A DNA stretch of 64,000 bases from assembly GCA_016784165.1 (NCBI GenBank), contig JADHVD010000003.1:6867-70866 (forward strand), written 5' to 3'. How positions within the stretch are numbered: position 1 is the stretch's first letter; each line of letters opens with the position of its first letter. Made by a program: the position numbers and the translations under genes. This document shows positions 55,442 through 64,000 of this stretch, one piece after another. A model generated the notes under the pieces. That model was not told where the DNA came from. It did not search any database and was given only the letters and a program-made list of their open reading frames with translations. Origin of the DNA: Candidatus Woesearchaeota archaeon (GTDB lineage: Archaea > Nanobdellota > Nanobdellia > Woesearchaeales > BS150m-G63).

Positions 55442-56650
55442 TCATTTTTTCTTCATAAAATGTCTAGAACTTCTTTTAGTTTCATAAAGGAGTTTCATGG
55501 TTTTCATCATCTCACTTTTTGTCTTGAAATCATAGATCCCTTCCAAGTCTTCTCCTTTAAAATGTTTCAAAATAATATCTCCAAAAAGATTAGGAACTCT
55601 CAATATAGTGGAATTTTTCTTAAATCTAAAGGTTCTTTGATCTGTAATATAAGGCCTAGTATTAGTGGTTATGAATTCCTGGGCATTTAATTTTGATAAT
55701 TTATTTTGTATCTCATTATATGCTTTATCGCTCATAACTGCATGAGTGAAATAAAAGAAGTATTTTGAAGGGATTCCCAATCCATGATCCCAATGAGTGT
55801 TGTTCAACCAATCCACTGTTTTCATTAAAGTTCCGCCAGTATCGATTATATCATCTGGAAATATAATCGTTTTTCCTTCAAGAGAATCAGCACCAATCAA
55901 TCTAGGATTATCAATAGTGACTGCATCTGGTTTGTTTGCCATCAATCTGGCTTTGTTAAGATAAAGCATTCCAGCATTTTTGAGGTATAATGCATCTCTC
56001 AATTTTTCTGAAAATTTACTTGCACCCTTATCCGGAGAAACAACCACGATATTTTCTCCTCTATTTTTTATCTTTAAAGAAGATTTAGTAACTAGATAAT
56101 GTGCAAGCAGACTATAAGGCCAAACATCAAAGAATATTTTCTCTCCATTCACACCCATTTCTTTTTCATAAAATTTACGTATTTTTTTATTATGACAGTG
56201 CATTGTTATTAGTCCATCAACACCTGAATTTGCCAATAATTCAGCATATAGTTTTGCAACATTACATTCACCAATCATTTTTTCATCTTCTTTAGGACCT
56301 CTGTCCTGTCTGGAATAACTTAAATCAGTAGCTACAAGATAGACTCCCCCAGCACCATTTTCCTTCGCAGTACGCGCAGCAATAAAAGCACGCATGGCCA
56401 TATCTTGTGGATTTTGAAAGGGTCCTTGGGTAGAAATTAGATAAACTGCTTTTCCGTTTAAATCTGGATTTTTCCCCTCTTCATACCTAAATTTAGAATT
56501 ATATTCACCACCAGAAAAAACCCTAGGATCCATAACATTTTCAATATCATCATGCTGCCCAACATACTCTGCAACACTCTGTGAAAATTCTTCATGAGTC
56601 TTAGAAATAGTCGCAACAACTAGTCCCTCTAAATTTTTTATGTTTGCCAT
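55442..56650 (-). CDS. Ribose-phosphate pyrophosphokinase (PRPP synthetase)-like protein, unusually long
   Basis: The motifs are FSGGEYNSKF, DLSYSRQDRGP, VVVSPDKGASKF and the PRPP loop IIFPDDIIDTGGTL. I chose the start at MANIKNL (56648-56650). Confidence 0.65.
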   Translation of the reverse strand: MANIKNLEGLVVATISKTHEEFSQSVAEYVGQHDDIENVMDPRVFSGGEYNSKFRYEEGKNPDLNGKAVYLISTQGPFQNPQDMAMRAFIAARTAKENGAGGVYLVATDLSYSRQDRGPKEDEKMIGECNVAKLYAELLANSGVDGLITMHCHNKKIRKFYEKEMGVNGEKIFFDVWPYSLLAHYLVTKSSLKIKNRGENIVVVSPDKGASKFSEKLRDALYLKNAGMLYLNKARLMANKPDAVTIDNPRLIGADSLEGKTIIFPDDIIDTGGTLMKTVDWLNNTHWDHGLGIPSKYFFYFTHAVMSDKAYNEIQNKLSKLNAQEFITTNTRPYITDQRTFRFKKNSTILRVPNLFGDIILKHFKGEDLEGIYDFKTKSEMMKTMKLLYETKRSSRHFMKKK

Positions 56651-56769
56651 ACCCCAACAAACTACATAAAAAAGCAAAGCTTTTTATTATTTATTGTCCG
56701 CTAAAATACATATAATAGATTATAATATACTGCCCATATTTATTAAAATATGGATAATAAAACAAAATC

Positions 56770-57366
56770 ATGAAAAGAGTAATAACTGGTGATGGTTCAA
56801 TAACACTAAGAAATCCGGAATATGATGAATGCTATCATTCTAAAAGCGGTGCATTAGAAGAATCAGAATTAAAGTATATCCAACCCTGCAAGGTAACTAA
56901 AGACAAGAAGGTTTTAGATATTGGTTTTGGATTAGGATATAACGCAGCAGCTGCTTTAGAAGTTGGCGCAACAGTGGTTTCTCTTGAAAAAGACACCCAA
57001 GCACTAAAAGCAACACAACAATTAAGTATACCTTTAAAATCATATAGTATAATTAAATCAGTTGCTTCTGGAAAACAACATTCTCGTCTAAAAATAATTC
57101 TTGGAGACGCAGTAAATACAATCAAAACAATTAAAGAAAAATTTGATGCGGTGTTTTTAGATCCTTTTTCACCACCAAAAAATCCAGAACTCTGGACAGA
57201 ATCATTCTTCAGAGATATTAAAAAATTAATGAAACCAAAAGCAATACTTGCAACTTACAGTTGTGCGAGAGTAACAAGAGACAATTTAAAAAAAGCAGGA
57301 TTTATAGTAAAAGATGGCCCAATTATTGGAAGAAGAAGCCCATCTACTTTAGCATATCTAGAATAA
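56770..57366 (+). CDS. MnmC-like SAM-dependent methyltransferase (DUF752 / COG4121 type)
   Basis: The motifs are ITGDGSITLRNPEYDECYHSKSGALEES, VLDIGFGLGYN and FDAVFLDPFSPPKNPELWT. Confidence 0.65.
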   Translation: MKRVITGDGSITLRNPEYDECYHSKSGALEESELKYIQPCKVTKDKKVLDIGFGLGYNAAAALEVGATVVSLEKDTQALKATQQLSIPLKSYSIIKSVASGKQHSRLKIILGDAVNTIKTIKEKFDAVFLDPFSPPKNPELWTESFFRDIKKLMKPKAILATYSCARVTRDNLKKAGFIVKDGPIIGRRSPSTLAYLE

Positions 57367-57408
57367 CAATCAGTAAGTTTTATAAATTAATAAAAATCCA
57401 AAAGCACT

Positions 57409-58302
57409 ATGCTCAAAAACGTTTCATTTGAAAAACCAAATTATGCAAAGCTAAATGAACAAGGATTTTCTATGTTTGATATGCATGTACATACTAAATA
57501 TTCTGATGGGGCAAATGGGGTGCCATCTATTCTAAAAAAAGCCAAAAAATTAGGAATAGGTTTAGCAATAACAGATCATAATGAAATAATTGGAGCATTA
57601 AAAGCATACACAAATACTTTGGGAGTGAAAATAATCCCTGGAATAGAATTAACAACTTTTGAAGGATCTCACCTTTTATTTTATTTTACCCATCCAAGAG
57701 ATTTAGAAGATTTTTACATCAAATACATAAAAGATAAAAAATTAGAACACCCAAATTTTACAACAAATGTCAAAACAAAAGAAATAATCAAACATTCTAA
57801 GAAATACAAGTGTATTCTTTCAGTAGCACATCCTTTTGCACCTTCTAGGCTTGGTTTATTTAATAACATAAAAAAAGGGCATACAGATGAATCTGTTTTA
57901 AGGGATTTACCAACATTTGAAGTGCTATGTGGTTCAAATTTAAAGGGGATGAATAAAAAATCTATTGAATGGGCATGGCAACTCAATAAATCTATAACTG
58001 GAGGTTCAGATGCACACGCATTATTTGAAATTGGGAAAATAGTAACATATTCTAAAGCTAAAGATCTAGAATCTTTTTTTGAAGATATAAAAAATAAAAA
58101 GAATTTTGTTGTAGGTAAAGAACCAATAAATGCATCTAGGTTGGTATCTTATTCTCCAGGAATATATCATAATTATATTCGCCGATTAAAACCAGCACTT
58201 AAAGTTAAATATCAACATGTAATAAAAGGGAACATCAAACGTAACATCTCAAAACTAAAAGAAACCATTAAGAATGGTTTTAAGGGACCTAAAAAGAAAT
58301 AA
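57409..58302 (+). CDS. PHP-domain metal-dependent phosphoesterase
   Basis: The motifs are DMHVHTKYSDG, AITDHNEI and GGSDAHA. Confidence 0.75.
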   Translation: MLKNVSFEKPNYAKLNEQGFSMFDMHVHTKYSDGANGVPSILKKAKKLGIGLAITDHNEIIGALKAYTNTLGVKIIPGIELTTFEGSHLLFYFTHPRDLEDFYIKYIKDKKLEHPNFTTNVKTKEIIKHSKKYKCILSVAHPFAPSRLGLFNNIKKGHTDESVLRDLPTFEVLCGSNLKGMNKKSIEWAWQLNKSITGGSDAHALFEIGKIVTYSKAKDLESFFEDIKNKKNFVVGKEPINASRLVSYSPGIYHNYIRRLKPALKVKYQHVIKGNIKRNISKLKETIKNGFKGPKKK

Positions 58303-58363
58303 TAAAATAATAATTCAAATAATAATTTAAAAATAAATAAAATAAATAAAATAATTAAACTAT

Positions 58364-58798
58364 TTATCTGGCATTGAATCCTTCTACTTTAATTTCATCA
58401 ATTAAATGATATTCTTGTTTATCAGAGATCTTGAATTTATCTAAACTTTCAGAAAATTCAGTTAATTCTTTCATATTTTCAAATACACATTCAGCTAAGA
58501 AATCAAAATCACCACTCAATCTAGAGATGGAATTTACTTTTTTGTGCATCATTAAAAATCTTTTAAATTCACTAATATCTTGATCCAATTTAAACATGAA
58601 ATTAACCTTGATACCATAACCCAATTTTTGAAAATCCAATAGGGAAACATACCTCATAATAACTCCTTTTTCTAATTTAATCAGTTTATCAAATATAGTA
58701 CTTATTGGAATTCCAGTATCTCTACTTATTTCAGCTAAAGATTTCCTAGAATCACCCCTCAAATGACTTAATATTAATAATTCTTTATTTGTTAACAT
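58364..58798 (-). CDS. Lrp/AsnC-family transcriptional regulator
   Basis: The N-terminal HTH is LLILSHLRGDSRKSLAEISRDTGIPISTIFDKLIKLEKGVI, followed by a C-terminal RAM-like domain. Confidence 0.75.
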   Translation of the reverse strand: MLTNKELLILSHLRGDSRKSLAEISRDTGIPISTIFDKLIKLEKGVIMRYVSLLDFQKLGYGIKVNFMFKLDQDISEFKRFLMMHKKVNSISRLSGDFDFLAECVFENMKELTEFSESLDKFKISDKQEYHLIDEIKVEGFNAR

Positions 58799-58909
58799 TT
58801 TACCTCCACAATAATATCTATTATATTTTTTCTGAGATTTATAAGTCTTTTTGAGAAAAAACCGATAATATTTTGTATAATCTGAAAATTATTCAATTCA
58901 CAAAATAAA

Positions 58910-59356
58910 TTAGATTTTATTATCTATATCTTTTGCTATCTCTTTTAAGGTATTGTAAGTTCTTTTCATATCATTTTCTAATTCATCAATAAGTGGAGCC
59001 AATTTATTTTCTCTAAGAATGTACTTTCTGTCATTAGTAACTACTAATCCTGCATCAATCAGTTTGTTTATATGGTGAATCACTGTCCCCCTACTTAAAC
59101 CAGCTTTAAAAGCAAGCTCATCACTTGAAATGCTCACACCTTTTTTAGAAATCTTTAATAATTCTACAAAAATTCTAAAACAACTCTTATCTTTATCACG
59201 TAAATTAAACAAACCAAGAGATGCCCCCAACCACTGAAGTTCATCATTAATGTCTTTTTTTAAAGGTTTTCTTATTTTAATTATGGTGATTCTTTGATAA
59301 CTAGATGCCATAATCTCTTTTATTTCTTTAAGATATTTAAATCTTCCCCGAAACAT
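58910..59356 (-). CDS. Winged-helix transcriptional regulator, divergent from grpE
   Basis: The wHTH segment is ISSDELAFKAGLSRGTVIHHINKLIDAGLVVTNDRKYIL. The true start may be the internal MASSYQ (59309-59311), which lies about 25 nt below a TTTAAATA box. Confidence 0.6.
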   Translation of the reverse strand: MFRGRFKYLKEIKEIMASSYQRITIIKIRKPLKKDINDELQWLGASLGLFNLRDKDKSCFRIFVELLKISKKGVSISSDELAFKAGLSRGTVIHHINKLIDAGLVVTNDRKYILRENKLAPLIDELENDMKRTYNTLKEIAKDIDNKI

Positions 59357-59389
59357 TTAAATAGGAGTTGTTGTTTTTAATTAAACTAG

Positions 59390-59406
59390 GTTGATTTAAA
59401 ATCAAC
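59390..59406. promoter_or_regulatory. Perfect 17-bp palindrome GTTGATTT-A-AAATCAAC between the regulator gene and grpE
   Basis: It lies 13 nt upstream of the grpE ATG and just downstream of an AT-rich TATA-like TTTTTAATTAAA. Confidence 0.5.
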
Positions 59407-59418
59407 AAAAACATTAAA

Positions 59419-59916
59419 ATGACAGCAAAAAAAACAAAATCAGCAAAAAAGGAATCAAATAATCAAAAAGAAAAAAATTACAAAGAATTTAGTGAACAAA
59501 ATATTAAAGAATTAACACAAACATTGCAACACCTTCAAGCAGATTTTGAAAATTACCAAAAAAGAACAGAAATAGAAAAATTAGAATTTATGAAATATGC
59601 AAATAAAAATATGGTTTTAGAAATTCTTCCAGTGTTAGATAATTTTGAATTAGCATTAAAACACACCTCCAATAAGGAAGAATTCATTAAAGGCATAGAT
59701 TTAGTTTATGCCAATTTAAGAGATACATTAGGGAAAGCAGGATTAAAACAAATCCAAGCATTGAAAACGCAATTTGATCCAGAAAAACACGAAGCATTGA
59801 TGCAAGAAACATCAAAAGAAAAATCAGGAACAATCATAGAAGAGTTCCAAAAAGGATATACGCTTAATGACAAAGTTATCAGGCCAACAAAAGTAAAAGT
59901 GGCCAAGAAAGGGTGA
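59419..59916 (+). CDS. grpE: Nucleotide exchange factor GrpE
   Basis: The motif LQADFENYQKRTE is present, and the C-terminal beta domain contains GYTLNDKVIRPTKVKV. Confidence 0.85.
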   Translation: MTAKKTKSAKKESNNQKEKNYKEFSEQNIKELTQTLQHLQADFENYQKRTEIEKLEFMKYANKNMVLEILPVLDNFELALKHTSNKEEFIKGIDLVYANLRDTLGKAGLKQIQALKTQFDPEKHEALMQETSKEKSGTIIEEFQKGYTLNDKVIRPTKVKVAKKG

Positions 59917-60458
59917 TAAAAATGTATTTTGATTCTTTATTTATTTCACGATCAACACCAGAAAACATCGCAATAAATTTAGCAGGAGAATGTACTTGCG
60001 ATAAATGTAATCACGGATGTAAATATGGTGCTGGAGCATTGAAAAAAGGAGAAGAAAAAAAGCTTGCTAAATTTCTTAAGCTTAAAGAAGAAGAACTGAA
60101 AGAGAAATATTTAGAAGAGATAGAGTTATTCAACACTAAACTTTTTAGGCCAAAATTAATCAGGGAGCAAGGAAAACCTTATGGTCGATGTGTTTTCTTT
60201 GATGGTGAAAAAGGTCTTTGTAAAGTTCATCAAGCTAAACCTCTTCAATGTAAGATTGCAAGCGGACACGAACACGGGAAACAAATGCATGTTTGGTTTG
60301 TGTTGAATCATTTTGTAAATCCAGATGATCCAGAATCAATCAGACAGTATGCAGAATATCTTAAACATAATAAGACAATTCCTGGTGGAGCATTACTTGA
60401 ACTAATCCCAAATAAAATCAAACTCAGAAAAATAATCAATTATGAAATATTAAGATAA
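59913..60458 (+). CDS. YkgJ-like cysteine-cluster (zinc/iron-chelating) protein inserted between grpE and dnaK
   Basis: The Cys patterns are CTCDKCNHGCKYG and CVFFDGEKGLCKVHQAKPLQCK. The track start is GTG; an ATG at 59922 is the likely start. Confidence 0.5.
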   Translation: MIKMYFDSLFISRSTPENIAINLAGECTCDKCNHGCKYGAGALKKGEEKKLAKFLKLKEEELKEKYLEEIELFNTKLFRPKLIREQGKPYGRCVFFDGEKGLCKVHQAKPLQCKIASGHEHGKQMHVWFVLNHFVNPDDPESIRQYAEYLKHNKTIPGGALLELIPNKIKLRKIINYEILR

Positions 60459-60474
60459 AAAATCAATAAAGGGC

Positions 60475-60517
60475 AATAAATCTTGAAGACGAATGAAATG
60501 AGTAACTTGTTTTATTT
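60475..60517. repeat. Intergenic hairpin family, copy b (dnaK leader)
   Basis: The sequence is AATAAA-T-CTTG-AAGAC-GAATGAAATGA-GTAA-CTTG-TTTTATTT, followed by GGAGG and the dnaK ATG. Confidence 0.55.
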
Positions 60518-60535
60518 CCCGGAGGAAAAAATAAA

Positions 60536-62473
60536 ATGACAAAAGAAAAAACACAAGAAAAAAAACAAACTACCAAAAAAGAGAGCGGAGTTAGCAAAGC
60601 TATAGGTATAGACCTTGGTACTACTTTTTCAGCAGCAGCAGTAATGGAGGCTGGAAAACCAATAATTATACCTAATGCAGAAGGAGATAGAACAACACCT
60701 AGCGTAGTTTTAATTAAAGATAATGAAAGAATTGTAGGTAGGTTAGCAAGAAATCAGGCTGTTTTGAATCCAGAACATACAGTTAGAAGTATAAAGAGAA
60801 AGATGGGTTCATCAGAAAATATAACTATTGAAGGAAAAGATTACTCACCTCAAGAAGTAAGTGCAATGGTTTTACAAAAATTAAAAACAGATGCAGAAGC
60901 TTATTTGGGAAGAAAAGTAACAGACGCAGTTATAACAGTACCAGCATACTTCAATGATTCTCAAAGACAAGCAACAAAAGATGCTGGAGAGATCGCAGGA
61001 TTAAAAGTATTAAGAATTGTAAACGAACCAACAGCAGCATCATTATCTTATGGTTTAGATAAAAGCCAAGAACACACAATTATGGTATTTGATTTTGGTG
61101 GAGGAACTTTCGACGTTTCAGTTTTAGAATTAGGCGACGGAGTTTTTGAAGTTAAATCCACCTCTGGAAATAATCATTTAGGTGGGGATGATATTGATGA
61201 TTTATTAATAGATTGGATGGCAGAAGAGTTTAAGAAAGAAAATAATGTCGATCTAAGGGAAGATAAAACCTCGCTCCAAAGATTAAGAGAAGCAGCAGAA
61301 AAAGCAAAAATTGAATTGAGCACATCACAAAAAGCAACAATCAATTTACCTTTTATAACTGCAACAGATGCAGGTCCAAAGCATCTTAATACAGAATTAA
61401 AAAGATCTAAATTTGAAGAGTTAATATCAGATATAATAGATAAATTAGAAGCACCAACAAAACAAGCAATGAAAGATGCTAAAGTTACATCTAAAGATAT
61501 TGATAAAGTAATTTTAGTGGGCGGTTCAACAAGAATTCCATCTGTACAAAAAATGGTTAAAGATATTACAAATAAAGAAGGGGATAAATCTGTTAATCCC
61601 GATGAAGTGGTTGCTCTTGGAGCAGCAATTCAAGCAGGAATTCTTGGCGGAGATATTAAAGATGTCTTATTGTTGGATGTAACCCCTTTAACTCTAGGTA
61701 TTGAAACTTTGGGAGGTGTAAGAACACCTTTAATCGAAAGGAATACTACAATACCAACAAAGAAATCCCAAGTGTTTTCTACAGCAGCAGACAATCAACC
61801 AGCAGTAACAATTAATGTATTGCAAGGTGAAAGGGCGATGGCTGCAGATAATAAAGCACTAGGAAGATTTGATTTAGTTGGAATACCTCCAGCACCAAGA
61901 GGGATACCTCAGATAGAGGTCACTTTTGATATCGATGCTAATGGGATAGTAAATGTTAGTGCAAAAGACCTTGGTACGGGAAAACAACAACAAATAACAG
62001 TTACAGGAAGCTCAAACTTAAGTGATGGCGACATAGAAAAAATGAAAAAATCTGCAGAAGAGCATTCAGAAGAAGACAAAAAGAAGAAAGAAGAAATAGA
62101 GACAATTAATCAAGCAGATACTTTAGTTTACAGCACTGAAAAACTTTTCAAAGAAATGAAAGGTAAAGCAGATGACAAAAAACTCGATGAAGTCAAAAAG
62201 ATGATTGACGAGCTGAAAAAATTACTTGAGCCAGAGAAAAAAGATATTGAAAAAATTAAGAAAAAACTTGAAGAAGTTAATGAAAAAGTACAAGCAATAT
62301 CTACAGAGATGTATCAGAAAGTTGCAGCAGAACAAGCAGCTAAAGAAGCAAAAGAAAAACAAAAAGACGAAAAAAAAGGAAACACTGATAAAGCAGAAAC
62401 AAAAAGCAAAGACGAAAAAGTAGTTGACGCAGAGTTCAAGGAAGAGAAAGATAAGAAGAAAAAGGACAAATAA
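60536..62473 (+). CDS. dnaK: Hsp70 chaperone DnaK
   Basis: The motifs are [26 protein letters not shown] and [14 protein letters not shown]. It has a Lys/Glu-rich tail. Confidence 0.95.
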   Translation: MTKEKTQEKKQTTKKESGVSKAIGIDLGTTFSAAAVMEAGKPIIIPNAEGDRTTPSVVLIKDNERIVGRLARNQAVLNPEHTVRSIKRKMGSSENITIEGKDYSPQEVSAMVLQKLKTDAEAYLGRKVTDAVITVPAYFNDSQRQATKDAGEIAGLKVLRIVNEPTAASLSYGLDKSQEHTIMVFDFGGGTFDVSVLELGDGVFEVKSTSGNNHLGGDDIDDLLIDWMAEEFKKENNVDLREDKTSLQRLREAAEKAKIELSTSQKATINLPFITATDAGPKHLNTELKRSKFEELISDIIDKLEAPTKQAMKDAKVTSKDIDKVILVGGSTRIPSVQKMVKDITNKEGDKSVNPDEVVALGAAIQAGILGGDIKDVLLLDVTPLTLGIETLGGVRTPLIERNTTIPTKKSQVFSTAADNQPAVTINVLQGERAMAADNKALGRFDLVGIPPAPRGIPQIEVTFDIDANGIVNVSAKDLGTGKQQQITVTGSSNLSDGDIEKMKKSAEEHSEEDKKKKEEIETINQADTLVYSTEKLFKEMKGKADDKKLDEVKKMIDELKKLLEPEKKDIEKIKKKLEEVNEKVQAISTEMYQKVAAEQAAKEAKEKQKDEKKGNTDKAETKSKDEKVVDAEFKEEKDKKKKDK

Positions 62474-62503
62474 TCCTTTTTTTATTTTTTTTAGGTAACA
62501 CAT

Positions 62504-63625
62504 ATGGGCAAAGACTATTATGAAACACTTGGAGTAGACAAAAACGCAACCAAGCAGGAGATTAAGAAAGCTTACAAAAAACTGGCTTTAAAGTTTCACC
62601 CAGACAGAGCTCCAGATGATAAGAAAAAAGAATATGAAGAGCATTTTAAGGAGATCAATGAAGCAGCATCTGTTTTAGCAGACGAAGAGAAAAAAGCTAA
62701 TTATGATAAATTTGGTTCTGGGGGAGTTGGTGGTGCAGGATTTAAATCAGGATTTGAAGGATTTGATTTCTCTGAATTTATGCACGACAGTTTTGATTTT
62801 GATGATGTTTTTGACACTTTCTTTGGGGGCGGAGGATTTTTCCGTAATGGCCATAGGGCACCACGTAAAGGTTCAGATCTTCTTTATAATTTAGAAATCG
62901 AGTTAGAAGACGCAGCTTTTGGCGCAAAAAAAAACATTAAGATAAATAAATTTGAAACATGTGATCAATGTAAGGGTACTGGCGCAAAATCAGTTTCAGA
63001 TATCAAAACATGTGATAACTGTCAAGGTGCTGGTTATCAAAGAAGAACACAGAGAACACCTTTTGGAGTTTTCAGCACAACTGCACCTTGTAATATTTGT
63101 AAGGGTGAAGGAAAGGTAATTACAGCTAATTGTACAAAATGTCATGGTAAAAAAAGAATAGAAGTTGAGAAAAAAATCGAAGTTGATGTTCCAAAAGGAA
63201 TCTCTAATGGATTTAAATTAAGATTGAGTGGCGAAGGTGAAGCAAGTGAAGATGGCGTACCAGGAGACCTTTACATAAGCATCCATGTAAAGCCACATAG
63301 CACGTTTGAGAGGAAAGATGATGATATATTTCTTGAAGCACCAATCTCTTTCTCAGAAGCAGCTCTGGGCACAGAGATAGAGGTTCCCATATTAGATGGT
63401 AAAGCAACACTCAAAGTGCCAGCAGGAACTCAAACAGATACTCAATTTAAGATGAAAGGAAAAGGAATCCCTCATTTACAAGGGTATGGTGTTGGCTCTC
63501 AAATAGTTAAAGTAATAGTAGAAACACCTGAAAAACTAACAAAAAAACAAAAAGAGTTATTCAAAGAGTTAGCAAAAGAGAACAAACACAAAGGTTTCTT
63601 TAAAAGAATTAAAAGTGTTTTCTGA
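62504..63625 (+). CDS. dnaJ: Hsp40 co-chaperone DnaJ (type I)
   Basis: The J domain is KKAYKKLALKFHPDR. A Gly/Phe region follows. Four CxxCxG zinc motifs are present (CDQCKGTG, CDNCQGAG, CNICKGEG, CTKCHGKK). Confidence 0.95.
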   Translation: MGKDYYETLGVDKNATKQEIKKAYKKLALKFHPDRAPDDKKKEYEEHFKEINEAASVLADEEKKANYDKFGSGGVGGAGFKSGFEGFDFSEFMHDSFDFDDVFDTFFGGGGFFRNGHRAPRKGSDLLYNLEIELEDAAFGAKKNIKINKFETCDQCKGTGAKSVSDIKTCDNCQGAGYQRRTQRTPFGVFSTTAPCNICKGEGKVITANCTKCHGKKRIEVEKKIEVDVPKGISNGFKLRLSGEGEASEDGVPGDLYISIHVKPHSTFERKDDDIFLEAPISFSEAALGTEIEVPILDGKATLKVPAGTQTDTQFKMKGKGIPHLQGYGVGSQIVKVIVETPEKLTKKQKELFKELAKENKHKGFFKRIKSVF

Positions 63626-63720
63626 TTAAAAATTAAAAAAGAAAAAAATGAACTAAATAACTTAGTTCAATTCAACCCAAAAACAAAAATTTATTAAACA
63701 AAACACCAACTTGCAGTTTT

Positions 63721-64000
63721 ATGAATAAATTACCCTTTGAACTAATAAAAAGAAAAACTCTAACAAAAAAACAAGCTAAAACTAGCTCAGAGTATGGCAA
63801 CATACCAGAAGAACGTTCAGTAAAAACCCTGCTCAAAACAGGAATAATCAATATAGACAAACCACAAGGCCCAACATCTCACCAAACAGCAGATTACATT
63901 AAAAGAATTCTAAAAGCAAAAAAAGCAGGACATTCAGGAACTTTAGATCCAAATGTAACAGGTGTACTTCCAACAGCTTTAGAAGACTCAACTAAAATAG
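63721..64000 (+). CDS. cbf5: H/ACA RNP pseudouridine synthase Cbf5 (5-prime part, runs off the window)
   Basis: My own translation is MNKLPFELIKRK...GIINIDKPQGPTSHQTADYIKRILKAKKAGHSGTLDPNVTGVLPTALEDSTKI. Confidence 0.8.
   Translation, partial: MNKLPFELIKRKTLTKKQAKTSSEYGNIPEERSVKTLLKTGIINIDKPQGPTSHQTADYIKRILKAKKAGHSGTLDPNVTGVLPTALEDSTKI

Noticed and set aside
62222-62503. ORFs overlap the dnaK 3-prime end on both strands.
   Set aside because: They are frame artefacts of the Lys/Glu-rich tail-coding region.

Overview
The window is a visibly AT-rich, very gene-dense archaeal chromosome segment with many 4-nt ATGA gene overlaps. All calls come from reading the sequence and recalling family motifs; no database search was run.

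Archaeal information-processing markers are abundant:
- RNA polymerase subunits Rpo7 and Rpo11, and Spt4
- ribosomal proteins S24e, S27ae and S6e, and the L1-P0-P1 stalk operon
- aIF2-gamma, the archaeal-type CCA enzyme, Rpp21, Cbf5 and a single XerA-type recombinase

These sit beside two giant sequon-rich beta-helix surface proteins, a bacterial-type (class I) GAPDH, a GrpE-DnaK-DnaJ locus and a HydC-HydB-HydA [FeFe]-hydrogenase operon. Together this suggests a small-genome DPANN-like archaeon. That placement is inference only.

Housekeeping content also includes PpsA, PGK, UppS, a DUF368 protein, a PRPP-synthetase-like protein, a deoxynucleoside kinase, an NSUN m5C methyltransferase, a UPF0182 membrane protein, and tRNA-Asn(GUU) and tRNA-Ile(GAU).

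The most unusual signals are:
1. A GAF-GGDEF diguanylate-cyclase gene has an intact GGEEF site, an RxxD I-site and a large insertion. It sits in a 1.7-kb cassette bounded by 50-bp direct repeats (49/50 identical), next to a truncated dph2.
2. Two tandem 140-150-bp mini-units follow tRNA-Ile. Each ends in a copy of the tRNA 3-prime end, which looks att-like. They lie upstream of a Hel308-type helicase that lacks its RecA1 half.
3. An accessory-looking block spans 22.4-25.7 kb. It has 16 same-strand TTCCCA boxes spaced exactly 10 or 11 bp apart, two paralogous coiled-coil/winged-helix genes, xerA, and a perfect 12-6-12 dif-like palindrome 14 bp from the xerA start.
4. A four-member family of intergenic hairpins has a conserved core (CTTG-AAGAC...GTCT-CTTG) and covarying outer stems.
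5. Lys/Glu-rich tails are appended to many ribosomal proteins, and P0 lacks the conserved stalk end-peptide.
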